Position numbers and translations under genes: made by a program
Shown: positions 10,585 through 19,912 of the stretch, one piece after another
Layout of the letters: each line of letters starts with the position of its first letter
Position numbering within the stretch: position 1 is the stretch's first letter
The notes under the pieces: generated by a model
What the model saw: the letters and a program-made list of their open reading frames with translations, nothing else
The model's database searches: none
Told to the model about the DNA's origin: nothing
From: Tubiluchus corallicola
Lineage: Eukaryota > Animalia > Priapulida
Direction of reading: 5' to 3'
Length of the DNA stretch: 19,912 bases
Assembly: GCA_030141605.1 (NCBI GenBank)
Contig: JAQGDQ010001940.1
Span: 1 to 19,912 of the forward strand

Positions 10585-11107
10585 AGTGAAGTAAACAATC
10601 TGGAATCTTGTCACATTGGAAAAAACAAGTGAAGTACACAATCTGGAATCTTGTCACATTGGAAAAAACAAGTGAAGTACACAATCTTGAATCTTGTCAC
10701 ATTAGAAAAAACAAGTGAAGTAAACAATCTTGATTCTTGTCACATTGGAAAAAACAAGTGAAGTAAACAATCTGGAATCTAGTCACATTGGAAAAAACAA
10801 GTGAAGTAAACAATCTGGAATTTGTCACATTAGAAAAAACAAGTGAAGTAAACAATCTGGAATCTTGTCACATTGGAAAAAACAAGTGAAGTAAACAATC
10901 TGGAATCTTGTCACATTAGAAAAAACAAGTGAAGTAAACAATCTGGAATCTTGTCACATTAGAAAAAACAAGCGAAGTAAACAATCTTGAATCTTGTCAC
11001 ATTGGAAATTGTGTTGAAGTGAAGTAAACAATCTTGAATCTTGTCACATTGGAAAAAACAAGTGAAGTAAACAATCTTGAATCTTGTCACATTGAAAAAA
11101 ACAAGTG
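10582..11107. repeat. 43-bp minisatellite, about 12 copies (acaagtgaagtaaacaatctggaatcttgtcacattggaaaaa)
   Basis: Head-to-tail units with no unique spacers; one variant junction (ttgtgttg) near 11009-11016. Confidence 0.95.
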
Positions 11108-12369
11108 GCTTTATTTTGTTTACATAAAATTGTGAAAAAATTTCTCGTTAAGATTAAAAATGTGGAATGTTTCTTTCCATTCTATTTTCGTCCATGGCTT
11201 CAGCCAGCCAAAATGGCTTCACGTTGTTTAAATACGGTAAAAAAACTTGTCTTGTTCAAAGTAAAAATGAGGACTCTCTGTTTGCTATTCCTCCATTTTC
11301 ATTGAAAAGTTCAATTGGCTACTTTGCAATAAAATTTTGTTTAAAAGAAGACACGAGAATTTTTCATTTATCACCCCATTTTAAAGTCCAATGAAAGGTA
11401 TATATTAATATATTAACTCAGTTAATACTGAAAAAAGTATTTTTGATAATTAAATAATAGATTCAAACTTAATTAATGGTAGGTGAGCCAAATTATTGCT
11501 GACATCACAAACTAACATAATTTTTAAGAGCAAAAATATTCAACAACCGTGTTGCACGTGTTTGTGAAAGAGAAAATTGAAGTACTGTGCTACTGTAGGA
11601 GATTCAGTGTGTTGTACTAAAACTAGGCAAGTTTTAAGATAAAAATTAAAATTTCAAATTTACCGCTGTGCTCACGCATGAGCTGTCGAACGTGTGTAGT
11701 TTATCATGAACTAACACTTCTGAACTGACATGTACATTACCTGTTTTTTGTGCAATGCGTTTCCGAAATGCAGGCACTAGTGCCCGTCTAGCTAACGAAT
11801 GGCGAAATGCATTGAGTAGTGCCCGTCTAACAGTGAAGAACTAGTGGCGCGAATGCAAAATTGTGTTTGTGTGGTAATAATTCTTTCACGTATTTTTGAA
11901 AAAGTAGCATGTTTCCTTTCAATATTTTAAAGAGTAGATTGTTTTGACCTGCAGTTTAAGATTGGGTTTGCTTTAATAATCACCCTGTACTCTGTTTTTC
12001 CAGCAGAACTTAGTGTGCAGTTGGTGTGAAATCAGATCTATGGACACCTGTAGCTGTTCTGAAGCCTCTCTTCTCTAACTGGGTCTTCCACATTTCAAAA
12101 CGTTCATTTTTAAATCAATACCCCTTGCATGAATCCATAGCATTGTCGTCATGGCGACCACCAATGTAAAGCAGCTGGCTGGAGGCTGAGCTGCATTTTC
12201 TAAATTAACAGGTGTGATGACGCAGGTGTGCCCTATTGTAAAGCGGGTAGCTTATAAATAAAGCATAATAGTTCACTGTGTTCATTAGTGAGATTGATGT
12301 GTAGTTATGTGCAGTGCAGTGTTAAGCTTGTCGACTTGTGTAAGCAGTGATTATGTATGTATGGAGAAA

Positions 12370-12560
12370 CGGTATGGAGTTTGCGTCGGGAGTATGAGAT
12401 CCGGGTCGAAAGCTCTGCGAGGATTCCTCGACGATCGTCTTCAACTCGCTCATCAGCATCATCGTCTGTATCAGTTTCACATCGCAGAATTCGGGATCCC
12501 AGTGGATGTGAGCTGTGCAGATCAGCAAGAGCTGCTTTCCTCGATCTGCGGACTGTGAAC
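12370..12560 (-). pseudogene. CNOT6: Isolated, 3'-truncated exon of CCR4/CNOT6 deadenylase (EEP nuclease domain)
   Basis: Acceptor cttttctcAG|; translation SQSADRGKQLLLICTAHIHWDPEFCDVKLIQTMMLMSELKTIVEESSQSFRPGSHTPDANSIP matches the CCR4/twin signature TAHIHWDPEFCDVKLIQTMML; the expected LCGDxNSLPDSG is replaced by unrelated sequence to a stop at 12322; no consensus donor. Confidence 0.8.
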
Positions 12561-12594
12561 CTGAGAAAAGAACAAAATTTCAAGTAATTAGATC

Positions 12595-13317
12595 ACCTCC
12601 AGACAATGCTCGCAACCTCCAGAGAATGCTCGCAACATCCAGAGAATGCTCGCAACATCCAGAGAATGCTCGCAACCTCCAGAGAATGCTCGCAACCTCC
12701 AGAGAATGCTCGAAACCTCCAGAGAATGCTCGCAACCTCCAGAGAATGCTGGCAACCTCCAGAGAATGCTGGCAACCTCCAGAGAATGCTCGCAACCTCC
12801 AGAGAATGCTCGCAACCTCCAGAGAATGCTGGCAACCTCCAGAGAATGCTCGAAACCTCCAGAGAATGCTCGAAACCTCCAGAGAATGCTCGCAACCTCC
12901 AGAGAATGCTGGCAACCTCCAGAGAATGCTCGCAACCTCCAGAGAATGCTCGAAACCTCCAGAGAATGCTCGCAACCTCCAGAGAATGCTCGCAACCTCC
13001 AGAGAATGCTGGCAACCTCCAGAGAATGCTCGCAACCTCCAGAGAATGCTCGCAACCTCCAGAGAATGCTGGCAACCTCCAGAGAATGCTCGCAACCTCC
13101 AGAGAATGCTCGAAACCTCCAGAGAATGCTCGCAACCTCCAGAGAATGCTCGAAACCTCCAGAGAATGCTCGAAACCTCCAGAGAATGCTCGCAACCTCC
13201 AGAGAATGCTCGCAACCTCCAGAGAATGCTCGAAACCTCCAGAGAATGCTCGCAACCTCCAGAGAATGCTCGCAACCTCCAGAGAATGCTTGCAACCTCC
13301 AGAGAATGCTCGCAACC
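12595..13317. repeat. 20-bp minisatellite, 36 copies (acctccagagaatgctcgca)
   Basis: Exact 20-bp period with no indels; variants cgca/cgaa/ggca/tgca. Confidence 0.97.
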
Positions 13318-13338
13318 GTACTGAAAAGATAAGTCCTA

Positions 13339-13757
13339 CAGGGTTCCCACAGAATTTCAAAATAAATTTCCCTGACTTTCCCTGACCAAATATTGACTTC
13401 CCATGACCAAGATAAGCAGAAATTGCATTACATATTCAAATATTCTTCTGCTTGGACATTCATTCATATACTGATATATAAATGTGTAGGGCATTCATTA
13501 AATTTTGAACAGAAATCGAAACTGAGAGCCAGCCAATAAGCAAATTTTCATTTGAACAGAAAGCGCTGAAAAATTTACATGGAAAAATATCGGTTCACGG
13601 TGATAATTTTTGCAACCCTTTCCAATTTACCCGACTTTTCGCCCTATTTTCATCATTTTCTCCCGACTTTTTACCAAATTATCTTTTTTTCTGACCTTTC
13701 CGTGACTTCCCAGGATAGCCTGCGGTTTCAATGATTTTCCAGATCCTGGAAACCCCG
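13339..13757. mobile_element. Non-autonomous DNA transposon (MITE), hAT-like
   Basis: Termini CAGGGTTCCCA / TGGAAACCCCG (imperfect TIR); subterminal TTCCCTGAC-like repeats at both ends; flanks tccta/tcctt suggest a 5-bp TSD. Confidence 0.65.
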
Positions 13758-14097
13758 TCCTTGCATTAATTTCTAACGGCAAATCAAGTATCCACTAAAC
13801 TACCAACGAGAATAAAACAGAAAAATCTTCGGAGACGGAGACATTTCTGGTTGACAATTCGGGGATCAACTCACCCAGTCACGCGTCTTGCAAAACGCGA
13901 TACATTTTAGAAACATTTGTGAAGCAGTTTCTCTGCCATACTGGTGAACACGTGACACACTTAGTATGTAAACATTAATGTTCATTATGGTTCCATGTCT
14001 CATGCAGTCGCAATATATGGCCTCCAATCAATTATAATGCTATTTTAATATACCTCTATGTAAATTAAACATACGCTGTGGTCGTTTCTTCTCCTCT

Positions 14098-14727
14098 TTT
14101 CCTTCTTCCTATCACTAATCTTACTATTTTTTCCATTCCATCATTTCTTCTGACCCTAACCATTCTTTCATTCACTCATCCTCCCCCCCTTCCTTCCTCC
14201 TATCCCTAATCTTACTATTTTTCCATTCCATCATTTCTTCTGACCCTAACCATTCTTTCATTCACTCATCCTCCCCCCTTCCTTCTTCCTATTCCTAATC
14301 TTACTATTTTTTCCATTCCATCATTTCTACTAACCCTAACCATTCTTTCATTCACTCATCCTCCCCTCCCTTCCTTCTTGTTATCTCTAATCTTACTATT
14401 TTTCCATTCCATCATGTCTACTAACCCTAACCATTCTTTCATTCACTCATCCTCCCCTCCCTTCCTTCTTCCTATCCCTAATCTTACCATTTTTTTCATT
14501 TCATCATGTCTTCTAACCCTAACCATTCTTTCATTCACTCATCCTTCCGTCTCTTCCTTCTTCCTATCCCTAATCTTACTATTTTTTCCATTCCATCATG
14601 TCTACTAACCCTAACCATTCTTTCATTCACTCATCCTCCCCTCTCTTCCTTCTTCCTATCCCTAATCTTACTATTTTTTCCATTCCATCATGTCTACTAA
14701 CCCTAACCATTCTTTCATTCACTCATT
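14098..14727. repeat. About 89-92-bp pyrimidine-rich tandem repeat, about 7 copies, each with (T)AACCCTAACC
   Basis: Unit ccttcttcctatccctaatcttactattttttccattccatcatgtctactaaccctaaccattctttcattcactcatcctcccctcctt; almost no G on the + strand. Confidence 0.93.
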
Positions 14728-14922
14728 TGTGCCACCTTAACAAGCCAAGCTTTCAAGGTGTCATACAGCAACTCTTTTATTTGGTTAATTTGACTTCATC
14801 AACGTTTTTTTCTTACCTATACTGTTTCTTTTTTTTCAATAATATTGTATGTTGATGTATTGTATATGTATTGCTGGAGTGAAATAAATTGATTGATTGA
14901 TTGAAAATTGATTGATTGATTG
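14728..14922 (+). mobile_element. Probable 3'-UTR fragment of a CR1/L2/Crack-group LINE with (ATTG)n tail
   Basis: Stem-loop TGTGCCACCTT(14728-14738)/AAGGTGTCATA(14755-14765) with inner ACAAGCC-AAGCTTT, T-rich tract, AATAAA at 14883-14888, then (ATTG)n. Confidence 0.55.
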
Positions 14923-15183
14923 TATCAAAGTTTTAAATGATGAAACGGAATATATCAAAATTAAAAAAGTTATTAAACTATTTTACAATATGTTAAGCTT
15001 AATGAAAACTTTGTTAGACAATACCTATTCTTCGTATGCTTTGACGAAAATAAAATGCTAAATAACTTGTCAGGTATATCTGAATTTACTGACACAATTT
15101 GATGTTAAAATTCAGAAACAAATATACTTTATGTGAGAAATAAAATTGGTATTTCTAATGTAAGTATTAATAACTTACAAGTA

Positions 15184-15806
15184 CAGTAGTCGTCACTTAA
15201 TGGACTCACGGTTAATAGACTCAGTCGCTTAATTGACTCAAAAATGCTTGGAACGGGCCGCTTCTATTCAAATGTACATAAAAACTATTCGCAATTGACT
15301 CAAATGACTCCACATAATTGACTCAATATTTTTCCTTCGCCTACTTAAATGTTTGAATACGCCCAAATGTTTATTAATGTTTTTATAATTATGAGAACCT
15401 TGTGAGCCAACTTCTTTACAACAAAATGAAGCAGCCGACTTTGAAGGAATTTTTGTAATTTTTGCAAAAGTCTGTGATTTAGAAAAGTATACTTTTTAAT
15501 TCGTTACTAATTCACTTACATAAATTAAAATTTTAAAATATTTTTCTAATTTTTAACTGCACAAAGGAATTTAGGCATTACTCCGTTTCTAAAATTCATT
15601 AAAAACCTTTGCAGTGCATAGTAAGCTGACGACTCATACTATACCAGTAATACGACACCCATCTGTTAATAGGTTCAGTCGGTTAATTGGGTCAAAACAC
15701 GTTTGTTAAGCAGCGCCACCTGTATGTGGAATTTGAAGCATAAAACTCTTCCTGTAAATTATATTTGCTTATGCCCCAAAGTGAGTCTATTAAGCAGCAT
15801 TCACTG
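15184..15806 (+). mobile_element. Older pogo/Tigger-like (Tc1/mariner) internally deleted element
   Basis: TA|CAGT...ACTG|TC termini; TIR cagtagtcgtcacttaatggactcac versus cagtgaatgctgcttaatagactcac; repeated (T)AATTGACTCA motifs; internal remnant NKMKQPTLKEFL* (to 15458). Confidence 0.7.
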
Positions 15807-16095
15807 TCACAATCAAGTAAAATTTAAAATGTAACGTTTACAATCTTAACATTTACAAAAGCTACAAACTCGACACGTAAATTGTCATTTGAAAACCTGT
15901 TTATCATTTGATTATTTTGTGCTAAACTTTTATTCTTGTCTGAATTTTTTACTAGATGTGAAAAATAAATTTAAAAAACTACAAACGTCAGCAAACCAAC
16001 AAACGGAACAGAAGATTATTCTAATACTAAATTATAACAAATTCGAGTAGAAATTCACGTCTTTTGTGTGATACTAGAAGCAGAAAAAACTAATA

Positions 16096-16761
16096 CAGTC
16101 TAGCCTCGTTATCGCGCCCCTCGTTATGCCGCCAAACTCGTCTCTAGCCATAGAAAGTACCAGGACGGATTTTCTGCTTTGATATTTACCTCGTTAAGTC
16201 GCCACCCTCGCTTCTCGCCCTCGCCACGTCATGCTAGGATGAGTGCTTATGTAAACTATATTCGTTGTGTCGCCAAACAGACAAACTCAGAGGTGAATCG
16301 ATCAATACATATACCGCGTGTCGATCAATATAACCTCGGTATGTAGACAATGCTGCTGTACTCGATAGACAGACATAATTAATCTAGTGTGTGTCTCACC
16401 AGGATTAGATTAGGAGTGCTGTGGTTGGTTAATGCGCAGAGAAACTAAAGCGTCGCCGATATCCTTACTCTATAACACCAAAGCTGCGTTTAAGTTTGAG
16501 TTTCCACAAAGTGTGAGCAACTTTACATGATGTCTCTGAAGCGAAAACTGTTTTGTCTTAATGTTTTCATTTCTGATTTAATGTTGATTTGTATCATAAT
16601 GCGAAATATATTTTATATGTACATAGAGGAACACTATGTTAATCAACTATTATGTATATACATATAGACTAACTTCGTTATATTCCCGTTATCTCGCCAT
16701 ACTCGCCTCTCGCCAAAAATTTGCCCTAGACGGACAGTGGCGAGATAACGAGGTTAGACTG
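16096..16761. mobile_element. pogo/Tigger-like MITE, 666 bp, TA target duplication
   Basis: 23-bp TIR cagtctagcctcgttatcgcgcc / cagtctaacctcgttatctcgcc (2 mismatches), TA on both sides; multiple subterminal CTCG..CGCC repeats. Confidence 0.9.
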
Positions 16762-17691
16762 TAATTTAGAAAATTCAGATTCATGCAAATGGATTACAAA
16801 AACACAAAGGTAAAAGAAATAAAACTTTCAAATAACATGTGAAGCACCATCAAAGTTTTTATCAGTTTCGCCTACAATTTTGATGCGTCAAAACACAAGT
16901 ATAAATTCGCTCGCACAAAAACGCATAACTATTTCCAGAAAGCAAACTGTAAATTACATATCTCCAAGTGAAGTAAGATTTATCACTTACAATTGTAAAT
17001 GCAAAAAGTTACTCTAGAACATACATGAAGAGCCGAGTAGAGAACAGTGGCGACATTGGTTACTTTTTCCGAAAAGCATTTTTCGTTTTCGTGAGGAAAA
17101 ACTAGTTTTTTCTTTGCTTCAGCCAAAACTTTACATTGAACAAAATTCTAGCTTTACATACATTCAGAGCAAATAGATGAATAAAATCTTGGAGCAGCAA
17201 CAGTCTGTTAACTTATACTTAGTAACTTTTATATTATACACATTTATAAAGCAGTTCTCAAAGTAGGCCAAAATAAACTATTGAAAAGTGTTAATTCGGC
17301 GACGTGACTAATATCATGTGTCTGGACAAAATAAAATATGATTCTTATGTTGCTAATTTATTACAGAAACTACGTACAGTGCTGCGCATTTACAGAAGGT
17401 CATGCACAGTGAAATTACGAACACTGCCTCGTAAACATACGTGCTTGTATAAACAGTTGAATGAAATAAACAACTCAATTTGAAATGATAAACAGAAAAT
17501 GTTGTAACAAAAATACACATTTTACCAGAAAGAAGAAACTTGTGGTAAATTCACAGGGAGGAGACACTACACTGTTTACATTAGCATTTGTCTCCACATA
17601 AGAATATTTTTCCTCGACTCAAATGATGTGTGTCGGTGACTCAGTAAACAGAAATGGCATCTCAATATTCTAAAACTCCTGCAGCTAGAAC

Positions 17692-18326
<635 letters not shown>

Positions 18327-18397
18327 CTAGAACAATGGTCATGACACCTTTGTGCACCAAATGATGACAAAAAATCAATAACTACAGATTTGTTAAT

Positions 18398-18403
18398 TTT
18401 ATT
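18398..18403 (-). terminator. Candidate polyadenylation signal (AATAAA) of DHX15
   Basis: About 80 nt downstream of the TGA, followed on the minus strand by T/GT-rich sequence. Confidence 0.5.
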
Positions 18404-18481
18404 GTTGCAAATGGACGTTTGTACAGCATCTATAATCGGATGTCAGGTGACCGGTGGTCAGTCACACGAAGAAGCTCGCAT

Positions 18482-18613
<132 letters not shown>

Positions 18614-18974
18614 TCAGTTAGAAAGGTGAAGAAATATTCGACGACAGAAAGCCTACAAATGATTATAATTTTTGTGTGAATATGATTAGCAATCACAGGA
18701 AATAGAAAATAATGAAATATTTAAGTTGCATTCAAACAAAAACAAGAAGCCAACAATCAATGGAGAATTTCAAGCCGCTTGTGACTGAATTCAAAAATAT
18801 TACAATTTATTTTAATTAAATTAGGTATGCAATCGTGTCGATAAATAATTATAATGATAAAAAACACTTAAAAACTTGTATCACAAAAAAGTTAATCAAA
18901 TGTTGACAGGCTGCCAACTTTTGCAGTCTAACACGAATTGTGTGTCATGATCACTGAATATCGCTAGCGACTTG

Positions 18975-19231
<257 letters not shown>

Positions 19232-19437
19232 AATAACAGCATAAAAAAACTTGGTGATGTCCCAATATAATTTGATTTTGATAATTAAAAAAACAAAAAT
19301 TTCTAGGGCATAATTCCCCCTGGACTCCGACTAGAGGGAAGATAGTTCCTCGGCTCAGAATTCTACATTTCAAATTCATTTTCACGTCACGTGGTTGTCA
19401 GTTGTGAAACAAGTTTGGTAAAGAGTTTCTCAACTTA

Positions 19438-19761
<324 letters not shown>

Positions 19762-19912
19762 CTATTGTAATAGTAACAGTTTTAACAGGTAGCTATAGAA
19801 CCTTACCCAGTTCATTTTCATTTGTTCCCCAGCAAGATGCCACAGAGACTAATGCGCAATTAAAGCAACACTGGACCCAATCTTAAACTGCAGGTCAAAA
19901 CAATCTACACTT

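Noticed and set aside
10582-11107. CRISPR-like appearance of the 43-bp array (also the 20- and 23-bp arrays)
   Set aside because: Units are head-to-tail with no unique spacers, there are no cas genes, and the context is eukaryotic.
12210-12366. Possible solo LTR adjoining the CNOT6 break (TG start, TATAAATAAA)
   Set aside because: No CA end, TSD or second copy visible.
12515-13385. Six long ORFs (228-269 aa) with 20-aa repeats
   Set aside because: A consequence of a stop-free 20-bp tandem unit; no unique coding flanks.

Overview
AT-rich, intron- and repeat-rich genomic DNA from an invertebrate animal; it is not prokaryotic, and most ORFs in the supplied track are microsatellite or minisatellite artefacts. 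Three protein-coding signals lie on the minus strand. (1) The last two coding exons of the spliceosomal DEAH helicase DHX15/Prp43 (19439-19608 and 18482-18602). (2) A lone, 3'-truncated exon of the CCR4/CNOT6 deadenylase (12370-12560) with no sister exons visible in the window. (3) An apparently complete four-coding-exon gene that the ORF track misses (4837 to 1111). It encodes a 144-aa protein with two C2HC/CCHHC-like zinc fingers, both with Asn in place of the first His, plus an Arg-rich tail with a PY-NLS-like motif, and has putative 5'-UTR exons and a TATA promoter near 7.6 kb. Between the genes are a 5S-rRNA-headed SINE (8513-9007), two pogo/Tigger-like TA MITEs (one retaining a transposase PIP-box C-terminus), hAT-like MITEs, two LINE 3'-end fragments each abutting a minisatellite, tandem arrays of 20, 23, 43 and about 91 bp, and long microsatellites. 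All homology calls are from recall of family motifs; no search was run.
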